Below are positions 8,570-16,628 of a DNA stretch of 31,845 bases, piece after piece. The stretch comes from a virus. Taxonomy: Duplodnaviria; Caudoviricetes. The stretch is from the IMG/VR virus record IMGVR_UViG_3300046823_000070, positions 1 through 31,845 of that record; one strand, written 5' to 3'. Every line of letters starts with the position of its first letter. The stretch's first letter is position 1. Below the pieces are notes generated by a model. That model did not search any database and had not been told where the DNA came from. It worked only from the letters and a program-made list of their open reading frames with translations. Both the position numbers and the translations under genes were made by a program.

Positions 8570-10788
8570 TAGTGAACTTTCGTGTTGAACTCCGGTGAGT
8601 CTCGGGTATCTTTGGCTCCCGAGAGGAAGGCGTGATAGTTACCCGTCCACCCCTTCACCCCGTAATGCCCCATGTTGACGTTGGGGTAAATCCAAGTCTC
8701 TAGACCTGCTTCTCTCATTTTCTTGGAGAACCACATATCCTCCCCATAAAGCAGATGGTCTTCTACTTGACTCATGAAGAACGAGTGATACCGTCGGGTC
8801 GGATTTGACGGATCGGCTGAGGGCTCGTTGTACCAAAGGTCGGGGTATTTCTCTTTGAACTTCTCAAGAGCTATTCGTTTGATCCTCAAGAAACCCCCAG
8901 CGACTACATAAGCTTTCAGTAAGGCAGTCCCATCGGGGAGGATTCTGCCTCTGGGGTGATTCTTCCCATCCTCCCCTTGTTCGAACTCAGGAATTGAAGT
9001 CCACGAGGCCCAGTTGTTTTTAACCGGATACGACCCACCGATTACGTCTTCGGGTAGGAATATCATGTTGACTAAAGCCTCGGGATTCCACTGCATGTCT
9101 GAATCGATGAAAAACAAGTCAGTAGCGGCGGGGTCTTCTAGAAACCTAGCGCAGATCGTGTTTCTCGCCCGGTGTACGTAAGAATCACCAGAAAGCTCCC
9201 AGAACTCGAACTCCACCCCCATTTGAGTCAGAAGCTTGACTACATGGACCATGCTTGAGATGTAGGGACTGAAGCCTTTGAGTTCGTAAAAAGGTGTCGC
9301 TATGATGACCTTCGTTCTCATGGGGAGATAGGGCTTCTTAGCATCCGCATACATCTGCGGGAGAGCTTTTGCCTGTTCCGGGGTCAGGATGGATTGATTC
9401 TTCCCGGTGATTCTCGTATGAGTCAAAGCTTCTTCCACTATCTGGATATTCTCCCGGTGGATCATTTTCAGATACATCTCATAATCTGAAATGACCCCGT
9501 GTTTCTTGTCCCACCCTCCGACTTCCCTTGCGGAGTAAGTACGGTACATCCCCACACCAAAATAGACGTTCGACCTTGAGAACTGTTCCTTCCACTGGTC
9601 TTGAGTCCTGTTTGAAGCCTTTGGGATGGAATAGAACGGATGGTTTTTGTCGGGGAAGTCCTTACCCTCATTGTCAATAAAGTCAGTCTGTGTGGAGACG
9701 AATTCAGTGAACGGATTCTTTTTAAAGACCTCTAGACATTTCTCGACGAACCTTGGGTCGAGGGTGTCATCCGCCGACAGGGGAATGAAAAACTCTCCCT
9801 CAGCCATAGCTAACATCGCATTTTGCGCGTCCATCTGACCACGGTTTTCATCGAACTTGATGAACTTGATCCTTGGGTCTGAGAACTCCCCCATGACCTG
9901 TGCGATGTTGTCCGTAGAGCAATCATCAAGGACTATGATCTCCAAGTCTTCAAAGGTCTGTTTGAGAGCCGACCCCACAGAATCGGGCAGGTAGTTAGCC
10001 ATGTTGAAACATGGAATGCCTATCGTGACCTTCCCCGTCACAGGAGGAAGTAGCAGCTTGTGCCTCTCTCTCACGGATTTAAGCTCTTCCTGGGCCTTCT
10101 CTTCGGAGCTTTTCGCCCTCACCGAATTACTGATGTCCTCTTTACAAACGGCCCATCTGACCGGCAGGACTCTTCCCTCGTGCTTTTCGAAGAACCGGCA
10201 GTACCATTCGTGGTCCGTGAAGATGTTAAGGTTGGGATCGAAATACCCGATGGATTCGAAGACTGACCTTCTCCACAAAGCAGAACAACTCCCCAGAGGC
10301 ACTTGCTCAAGTAACAGAAGGGTTTTAAGCCAAGACTCCTGCGATCTGTTGTGAGCCTTCATGAAATACTGCTCCCACGAAGGTCTCGGACCCATTTCTC
10401 TGCACTGAACCGTCCTTCCGTTCGAGTATTGAGGCAGTCCCCACACACAATCTACTCTTGGGTTCTCATCTAGAAACTTGACCTGATCCTCGAACTTTGA
10501 AGGATGGAGCTTTTCATCCGCCGCCAGGGGTTGAATAAAGTCTCCAGTAGCGTGTTGGAAGGCCCAGTTTATCCCGTGAGGAATACCTAGGTTTTTAGGG
10601 AAGACCGTCAGTTTTATACGAGGGTCGTTGATCTTTTCTATCACCCCTTTGATGTCTTCGGTTGACCCATCATCGACAAGAAGCATCTCCCAATCTGTCA
10701 GGGTTTGAGCCCTCACAGATTCGATCATCTCCACCAACCATTCGGATTGATTCAGAACCGAAGCGCATACAGAAACCTTAGCCATCAA
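8569..10788 (-). CDS. Three-domain glycosyltransferase (two tandem GT2 domains plus a third GT-A-like domain)
   Basis: Domain 1 VDDGSTED...LAADE...DHEW; domain 2 LDDCSTD...LSADD...DYEM; domain 3 IATP...RARN...FFIDSD...GEDM.F. Confidence 0.85.
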   Translation of the reverse strand: MMAKVSVCASVLNQSEWLVEMIESVRAQTLTDWEMLLVDDGSTEDIKGVIEKINDPRIKLTVFPKNLGIPHGINWAFQHATGDFIQPLAADEKLHPSKFEDQVKFLDENPRVDCVWGLPQYSNGRTVQCREMGPRPSWEQYFMKAHNRSQESWLKTLLLLEQVPLGSCSALWRRSVFESIGYFDPNLNIFTDHEWYCRFFEKHEGRVLPVRWAVCKEDISNSVRAKSSEEKAQEELKSVRERHKLLLPPVTGKVTIGIPCFNMANYLPDSVGSALKQTFEDLEIIVLDDCSTDNIAQVMGEFSDPRIKFIKFDENRGQMDAQNAMLAMAEGEFFIPLSADDTLDPRFVEKCLEVFKKNPFTEFVSTQTDFIDNEGKDFPDKNHPFYSIPKASNRTQDQWKEQFSRSNVYFGVGMYRTYSAREVGGWDKKHGVISDYEMYLKMIHRENIQIVEEALTHTRITGKNQSILTPEQAKALPQMYADAKKPYLPMRTKVIIATPFYELKGFSPYISSMVHVVKLLTQMGVEFEFWELSGDSYVHRARNTICARFLEDPAATDLFFIDSDMQWNPEALVNMIFLPEDVIGGSYPVKNNWASWTSIPEFEQGEDGKNHPRGRILPDGTALLKAYVVAGGFLRIKRIALEKFKEKYPDLWYNEPSADPSNPTRRYHSFFMSQVEDHLLYGEDMWFSKKMREAGLETWIYPNVNMGHYGVKGWTGNYHAFLSGAKDTRDSPEFNTKVH

Positions 10789-10909
10789 CTTTATCCTCGC
10801 AGTATTTGCAACCTTGTGGTTCGTGGGGAAGCCCTATCGCATGGAACCAATAGCAGACTCCAGGCATACCGTGAGCCTCGTATATCTTCTTAAAGTAGTG
10901 CTGAAGCAT
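10778..10909 (-). CDS. 43-aa Cys/His peptide (not in the ORF track)
   Basis: Reads MLQHYFKKIYEAHGMPGVCYWFHAIGLPHEPQGCKYCEDKVDG; overlaps both neighbours; contains CxxC. Confidence 0.5.
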   Translation of the reverse strand: MLQHYFKKIYEAHGMPGVCYWFHAIGLPHEPQGCKYCEDKVDG

Positions 10910-11192
10910 CATCAATGATTCCGATGATTGAGTCTTGTCGGGTGACAATGTATTCCTCTCCTTCGATGTATTTCACCATGTGGGCGTTGGTAGAGAAAAT
11001 CACCTTATCTCCGGGTTTTACTTCCATCGGCCACTGACCCTTGGGAGTCTTCTTACCTTTACCACACCATTTCACGTAACCAATGTCTTCTGTAATGTCA
11101 ACAGACTCGGGTAACACAATCCCAGAATCGGAGATGTCGGAATACTCCGCTCGTTTAATGACTACTATGTCGCTCAACGGATCAAGTTTCAA
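10890..11192 (-). CDS. groES: Co-chaperonin GroES (Cpn10)
   Basis: PL.D.VVI, SGIVLP mobile loop, G.GK...PMEVK.GDKV.F, EGEEY......IIGII. AAGGAG RBS before a TTG start. Confidence 0.92.
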   Translation of the reverse strand: MKLDPLSDIVVIKRAEYSDISDSGIVLPESVDITEDIGYVKWCGKGKKTPKGQWPMEVKPGDKVIFSTNAHMVKYIEGEEYIVTRQDSIIGIIDDASALL

Positions 11193-11211
11193 AATGACTC
11201 CTTCTAGGTCA

Positions 11212-11235
11212 AGACCCCCTCTTTCGAAGGGGTCT
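11212..11235 (-). other. GC-rich hairpin after the capsid genes (stability element or weak terminator)
   Basis: Minus strand AGACCCCTTC-GAAA-GAGGGGGTCT; no clear U tract. Confidence 0.5.
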
Positions 11236-11239
11236 CAAT

Positions 11240-11458
11240 CTAGGCGCTGAAGGTGACGTTAATCAACCCCATAGTGCTAAGAGCCGTACACAAACTCGAA
11301 GCCAACGCGCCGGACGAAATCGACCCTGTAGCGGTCTGTTTCGTGGCTCCGGTGGTGACTCCGTAGAAACCGATCAGATCGGTTGAAGCCGCTCCCAAAA
11401 CGGTACCCTGGGAGTTCTGATCGGACAGCTGTTTTACTGCTTGGCTTGTAGTAGCCAT
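11240..11458 (-). CDS. Small capsid-associated (decoration-like) protein
   Basis: Directly after the coat gene; LSD.N..G..LG....D.IGFYG.T motif; Ser/Thr-rich. Confidence 0.6.
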   Translation of the reverse strand: MATTSQAVKQLSDQNSQGTVLGAASTDLIGFYGVTTGATKQTATGSISSGALASSLCTALSTMGLINVTFSA

Positions 11459-11459
11459 A

Positions 11460-12668
11460 TTAACCTCCTAGACGAACGGCAAGTTCGTCGTAGTAGACCG
11501 TGGTTCCGTACAGAGTATCAATACGAGTCGGGAACACGTCGTTGTTGATGTCGTATGCCCTGATGACTCTCATAGAGATGTTTCTGTAAGTCTCTCTGGC
11601 CGCAAAGTCCACCCCTTGAGGGATTTCAAGAGGCACCATCACCAGACCAAATGCATCTCTAGTAAATGCGAGGTTCTGCACGAACGTCGAGGCTGCTGTG
11701 GCAAAACCACTAACTAGAGAAACTTTCCCTGAAGCGGTAGAAACTGTCCCGTTGGTAACGTTCTGATACGGTCCAGATGTGACCATCGCGGGGGAGATTT
11801 GAAGTACGGCAGTAGACGCCGCGCCCGGCTGGGTGGTGGCGGTAATGACGAAGTTCTTCAAAGACCCCGTGGACTGTCTGTTCTGGGGATTGATTGCAAA
11901 CACCGTACCGAAAGTCACTACCTCTCCGATCTGGAACACGTCGGTCGAATTGAAACCGACAGTGGAGATCGAAGACCCCGATTGAGAAGCAGGGGCGTTA
12001 GAGACTAGAGCGTTGGAAGAGATGTGGATGTACGAAGAGACCGAAGGAATGTTCTGGTCCATATACACCTCGTAATTCCCTACCGTTGCCAGATAACCCT
12101 TTACCAGGGCTTCTTTTGCGGTGGGCATTACGAAACTACCCGTGAGGCTGTTTGAAATCGACCAGTAAGCCGCAGGATTAAACACCATCGTCCTGTTGTC
12201 TTGCGGGGCCGCGTTTTCATCCTGCCTCTGACCAACCAGTTGAATCGAGGTCGAGAAGAACGCCGGAGTCGTCCCCGGAGTACCAACAAAGTTGGATACC
12301 CCCGAGAAGTTCTGGAGCACGTCGAAGTCGATCTGGTTCGCCATCCCTGCCATAGCGGGTTTCAGGTATCTCTCTGAGAACTCTTCAACCGTAAGGGTCA
12401 AGTCCTGAGAGGTGAACTGAAAGGCTACTTGCTTCTGTTTGTTGATGGTAATCGAGACCGAAGGCTCAGCAATATCCTGAACCTGAAGTCCCGGGCCGTT
12501 GGCAACCGTGAAGCGGTTGGGCTTCCGAATGGTGAGAGAATTCCCGATCTTTACGAACTGATTCTCAAACTTCCGGTTCACCCTGTTCGCCGCAACCAGG
12601 TTGTTCTCCAGGATCACCAGGCTTTCTTTGGTGATGATCGATGGAGTAAGTAGTACCTGTTGAGACAT
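11460..12668 (-). CDS. Major capsid protein, P22 coat family
   Basis: LLT...IT.E.L..LEN.L, KIG..L.IRKP, EEFSERYLKPA, and C-terminal YDI.ND....R.D.LYG motifs. Confidence 0.93.
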   Translation of the reverse strand: MSQQVLLTPSIITKESLVILENNLVAANRVNRKFENQFVKIGNSLTIRKPNRFTVANGPGLQVQDIAEPSVSITINKQKQVAFQFTSQDLTLTVEEFSERYLKPAMAGMANQIDFDVLQNFSGVSNFVGTPGTTPAFFSTSIQLVGQRQDENAAPQDNRTMVFNPAAYWSISNSLTGSFVMPTAKEALVKGYLATVGNYEVYMDQNIPSVSSYIHISSNALVSNAPASQSGSSISTVGFNSTDVFQIGEVVTFGTVFAINPQNRQSTGSLKNFVITATTQPGAASTAVLQISPAMVTSGPYQNVTNGTVSTASGKVSLVSGFATAASTFVQNLAFTRDAFGLVMVPLEIPQGVDFAARETYRNISMRVIRAYDINNDVFPTRIDTLYGTTVYYDELAVRLGG

Positions 12669-12683
12669 TTAAGACTCCTTGGG

Positions 12684-13667
12684 TTAGTGCCTCACCCCAG
12701 GTCTCACAGAGTTCAATTCCTTCTTCCTGCGTGCTGCGTACTGCTCCATCGATTCCTCTTCAGGTGATGGGGCGGTTTCAGAAGACTTCGAAATCGGCGA
12801 GATCGGCTTGGGTGCGGCCGAAACGGGCTTGGGTTTCTCAGGGGCTTGGGTAAGCCTCGCTGTGATGATTCCAAGCTCAACTAGCTGTCTCGCAACGTCG
12901 GGATTTCCATCAGGTGCTTTGTACGAGGAGATGCGCTCTGCTTCTGCCGGATTCTTCCCGAGATAGTACTGAATGTCAGGGCCTTGTTCGGAGTTGAGAA
13001 TCGCGTAAGCCATAGGGAATGAGACCTGAACCTCGGCAGACTCCGCTACTTCTGCGTAGTCGGGGTATTTTGCTCTGGCAGTCTCTACCCGCTTATTGAA
13101 GGCGTCTTGCACGGCTTTTTGCTGTGTAAGAACGACCTCCTGTTCGCGCTTCTTGTTCTCTTCGTCAAGCCTTTGAGCGACCCTCTTGTCGGCGATCCAC
13201 GCTGACTTGGCGGCAATCCAGTCTTCCACCGCGTTGTCATAAGCATCGGGATCGCCAAAATCGGCACTCTTGGGCTTGAGAGGTTCTGTTTCAGTCTTTG
13301 CAGGTTTTTCAGCAACGCCTGTTGCTCTTTCCAACGCTGCCAATATCCTGAGTTCTCGGGCTTCTGCGGCTTCGCGGGCGCGTCTTTCGTCTTCCCGTTG
13401 TCGCGTCAGCTCATCGATTCGTTTCTGAACACCTTTCGCGGGCTTCTTAGCCTCTTCAGGGGTCGCGGATGAATCTTCCGAAAGTTCCTTTGCCGGTTCT
13501 GCTGGTGCCGTATCAGCAGCCTTGGGCGTTTCCTTGTCTGCGGCTGGCACATCCTTTACCGGGGATGCGTCCGGTTGAGTCTCGATAATAGGTACGTCGC
13601 TGGTTGCCGAAAGCGCAGGCTCATTCGTGGGCAGCAGGTCCAGCGTGATTCCTTTGACTATTTCCAT
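12684..13667 (-). CDS. Capsid scaffolding protein
   Basis: Acidic disordered N-terminus, GVQKRIDELT coiled coil, GP...YYLGKNP.EA.RI; directly upstream of the coat gene. Confidence 0.85.
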   Translation of the reverse strand: MEIVKGITLDLLPTNEPALSATSDVPIIETQPDASPVKDVPAADKETPKAADTAPAEPAKELSEDSSATPEEAKKPAKGVQKRIDELTRQREDERRAREAAEARELRILAALERATGVAEKPAKTETEPLKPKSADFGDPDAYDNAVEDWIAAKSAWIADKRVAQRLDEENKKREQEVVLTQQKAVQDAFNKRVETARAKYPDYAEVAESAEVQVSFPMAYAILNSEQGPDIQYYLGKNPAEAERISSYKAPDGNPDVARQLVELGIITARLTQAPEKPKPVSAAPKPISPISKSSETAPSPEEESMEQYAARRKKELNSVRPGVRH

Positions 13668-13951
13668 GTATCTTTCCTTCCATCAACTATTTCTGCGAGT
13701 TTGTAGCAAGCTCTTACACGAGGAGTTACTTTCCCCGAAGGCCAGAAATGAACTCGCCCTTTAGACACCTTGTCCCTATATTTGTAGAGCTGATGCTCCA
13801 TCCTCAACCATTGGTATGGTTCAAGAAGACGCTCTCTGGCGCATCTGACGAGAACATCGCACAAACCAACCTTAACGTAATTACACTGGCGCAATGTCTC
13901 TCCGATAACCGCCCACGCTTCGGAATCACTCATCAACTGTTTCATAATCAA
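13658..13951 (-). CDS. Hypothetical protein
   Basis: 97-aa ORF overlapping both neighbours. Confidence 0.6.
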   Translation of the reverse strand: MIMKQLMSDSEAWAVIGETLRQCNYVKVGLCDVLVRCARERLLEPYQWLRMEHQLYKYRDKVSKGRVHFWPSGKVTPRVRACYKLAEIVDGRKDTWK

Positions 13952-14469
13952 TGCAGCATGAATAGGGTGGCGACTTCTATTGCTTCTTCCTCTTCCTCGG
14001 CTTCGAGCCTTTCGATCTCTCGAACCCTTTGAATCTCGCGTAACCTCTTGCCTTCCTTCACCACAGACTTGAGATCGAGGCTTATCTCCTTCGCTATCTC
14101 ACGAACCACCTCTTTGTCAAGCTTTATCGGTTGTAAGGCTACACTAGGTAAGGTGGTTAGTACACGCTCACGTACTACCTCTAGTACCTCAGAGCGCGTC
14201 TCAGCCTTCAGGGGGGGTAGAGACTTGATGATCCCCAGTTCGATCCTCTTGGCGCGTTCTAGTGCTTTTAGGCGCTGTTCCTTCTCATCTGGGGGGCAGT
14301 ATTCGAACCATCTACACCTCTCCCAAGGTGTGAGGGCGGGACCATAGACCTGATTAGAGACTACTGGCGGGGGCGGGGGAGGAAGAGCGCCCTGGCCGTA
14401 TCCTAATGTCGTAACCAGACCTATGGTCCCAATCTCAAAACCCATCGTGACTACGGAACCTATGCTCAT
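13948..14469 (-). CDS. Hypothetical head-module protein
   Basis: Hydrophobic N-terminus, poly-Pro linker, coiled coil, poly-Glu plus hydrophobic C-terminus; ATGA coupled. Confidence 0.7.
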   Translation of the reverse strand: MSIGSVVTMGFEIGTIGLVTTLGYGQGALPPPPPPVVSNQVYGPALTPWERCRWFEYCPPDEKEQRLKALERAKRIELGIIKSLPPLKAETRSEVLEVVRERVLTTLPSVALQPIKLDKEVVREIAKEISLDLKSVVKEGKRLREIQRVREIERLEAEEEEEAIEVATLFMLH

Positions 14470-15935
14470 GCGGTCCTCGAAATCAGGCTGGGTGAAGTGG
14501 AGGAGTCATATCCGTAAGTCACCGCACCGGGTAGATGGCTTGTTACGCTATTCAAAGTCCTCGTCGTCCCAGAGTTCGAGGCTTCGGTGATGTTCGCTAC
14601 AAGCTCATACAGTAGCTGTGCCGGGGTGCCTGTGGCATTTACCCCACGGTAGGACTCCGCAAGAGCAGTCGTAAAGTCGGTAGTCGCGTATCCGGTCTTA
14701 TCCAAGTTTGTAGCTGTAGTGACGTTGACTCCCATCGAGGAGACATTCACTGATCCTGAATATCCTGTTTTGTCGTTGTTGGTATTGACCGTCACCCCGC
14801 CTGAGACTGTAGTTACGTTCGAGAAAGACAACCCCGATAGAACGACCGTGCTTGTAGGGTTCAGGATGTTCGACAAGTCCCACCCTGTTGCTACTACACC
14901 AGGGCTGGTAGTGACTATCGCCGACCCATTAACCGAGGTGACGTTCACCGCGCCTATAGAGACCGACTGACTTGAGATCGAGAGCGAACTGAAAGCAACG
15001 GTTGAGTTTGGATTCGCCGTCCTACCAAGATCAAAGACCGTGGCGAAGATTCCGGCTTGAGTCGTCACCGCCGCCGTCCCGACAACCGAAGTCACATTAA
15101 CCCCGGTATTCACAGACGAGACGCCATACCCGGATTTGTCAGCTACAGAAGAGACTCCTACGGCTATGGCAAAGGATGACACACCAACCCCAGAGGTCAC
15201 GTTTGCGGTAATGACTCCGGGGCTTGTGGTGACTATCGCTGATCCGTTCACCGAGGAAACATTGACCCCCGTATTTACGGAGGAAACCCCGTAACCTGCT
15301 TTGTCGTTGTTGGTCGTCAGGAACGTCGCGGTAGTGGCGAGGTTTATAGAAAACCCCGTTAGGGCGAGCGTGCTTGTCAGGTTTGCAGTCCTCCCCAAAT
15401 CCCAGGCTACCGCTTGAATCCCCGCCGCCGTTGTGACCGCAGGACTGTTAACCACTGAGGTTACGTTAACCCCGGTATTAACTGAAGAGACTCCGTACCC
15501 AGCTTTATCAGCGACCGTAGAAGCGTTCACAGACCCACTCAGGAAAGTAGATATGGTCTGACTGGACATCGCGGTCTGATTATCAGTCGCCGTGAGTTCA
15601 ATCAAAATCGGTAGAGGAGCCATCGAAGGGGCGAGACTTAGATGTATCGCCGCTGAACTACCTGATAAGAAAACCCCGTCAGGAGGACAGAACTGATACC
15701 AACCCAAAGCGTTTGTAGAGAGAGCCTGGACAAAAGAGGACACACCGAACGTCCCCAAAGTCCCTGTGGTACACGTCCCAGAGGACACCGCCGCCATGTT
15801 GCTTCTGAACCACGCAAAGGTCACAGAAGAGGCGACGATATTGGCTAACCCCGCCCCGGTAGAGACAGTGGCGTCGTTCACAAACACTTCAAGTATCTGT
15901 GAAGCTGATCCGATTTTCCTTGAGATTAACGGCAT
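14466..15935 (-). CDS. Ser/Thr/Val-rich repeat protein, putative virion surface fibre
   Basis: DKxGY x5, GYGVSSVNTGVNV(T/S)SV x3, (W/F)DL x3; very few charged residues. Confidence 0.7.
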   Translation of the reverse strand: MPLISRKIGSASQILEVFVNDATVSTGAGLANIVASSVTFAWFRSNMAAVSSGTCTTGTLGTFGVSSFVQALSTNALGWYQFCPPDGVFLSGSSAAIHLSLAPSMAPLPILIELTATDNQTAMSSQTISTFLSGSVNASTVADKAGYGVSSVNTGVNVTSVVNSPAVTTAAGIQAVAWDLGRTANLTSTLALTGFSINLATTATFLTTNNDKAGYGVSSVNTGVNVSSVNGSAIVTTSPGVITANVTSGVGVSSFAIAVGVSSVADKSGYGVSSVNTGVNVTSVVGTAAVTTQAGIFATVFDLGRTANPNSTVAFSSLSISSQSVSIGAVNVTSVNGSAIVTTSPGVVATGWDLSNILNPTSTVVLSGLSFSNVTTVSGGVTVNTNNDKTGYSGSVNVSSMGVNVTTATNLDKTGYATTDFTTALAESYRGVNATGTPAQLLYELVANITEASNSGTTRTLNSVTSHLPGAVTYGYDSSTSPSLISRTA

Positions 15936-16628
15936 TTAGTGAAGCCTCTTCCCAAAGACTCCGGATGTTCCATCACCCGCCCAGTAGTATTCAATCCTCA
16001 ACGCAGACCCTCCAGCGGCTGCGGCCTGGATTCTTACCGCCATCTGCATATCGTTCCCGGCAGATATAGTCCCGTCATTGAACTGATGAACCCCGGCAGT
16101 CCCGGTTGCGTATCCGGCGATATATCCCGGAGAGTTGGTGTTATCGACATTTAACTGACTCGGAGTGGTCGAGTTCCAGTTTCCATTGGTGACATTGGCT
16201 GCAAGTAAGAACGTCGCGTCATTCGCTGTCAGGTTTGCAGGCGTAAGGGTGATGTTTGTAGAGACCGAGACAGAAGTAACCCTGTCCGCCGCCGCTGAAG
16301 GGGTGCTTTGATTGGCTCCTGTGTAGCAAGTGATGATCCCGTTAACATGTCCTGAGGCTGAGTAACCAAACCTAAAACTCCCATTCCCAGTAGTAGGTGC
16401 GGGGACAGCCCAGATCGAAACTAGAACATTCCCCGCCGACCTTGAGCTTGAGACCTGAGCCGGCGTCCCTCCTAGAGACCACGTAGCAGAAGTAACCGTT
16501 ATGGTGGCTGAACTTATCGCCACCGCACCTATGATCGTTGGACTCAGACCTCCGCAACTGATCGTTACCAGCGAATTAGTAGTCGTCGCCGGAGAGATAT
16601 TGGCCGAGGCTGAAGAAGCAACGGCCAT
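15936..16628 (-). CDS. Ser/Thr/Ala-rich beta-type protein, putative virion surface protein
   Basis: 230 aa, low-charge composition, coupled to the portal stop (TAATG). Confidence 0.65.
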   Translation of the reverse strand: MAVASSASANISPATTTNSLVTISCGGLSPTIIGAVAISSATITVTSATWSLGGTPAQVSSSRSAGNVLVSIWAVPAPTTGNGSFRFGYSASGHVNGIITCYTGANQSTPSAAADRVTSVSVSTNITLTPANLTANDATFLLAANVTNGNWNSTTPSQLNVDNTNSPGYIAGYATGTAGVHQFNDGTISAGNDMQMAVRIQAAAAGGSALRIEYYWAGDGTSGVFGKRLH

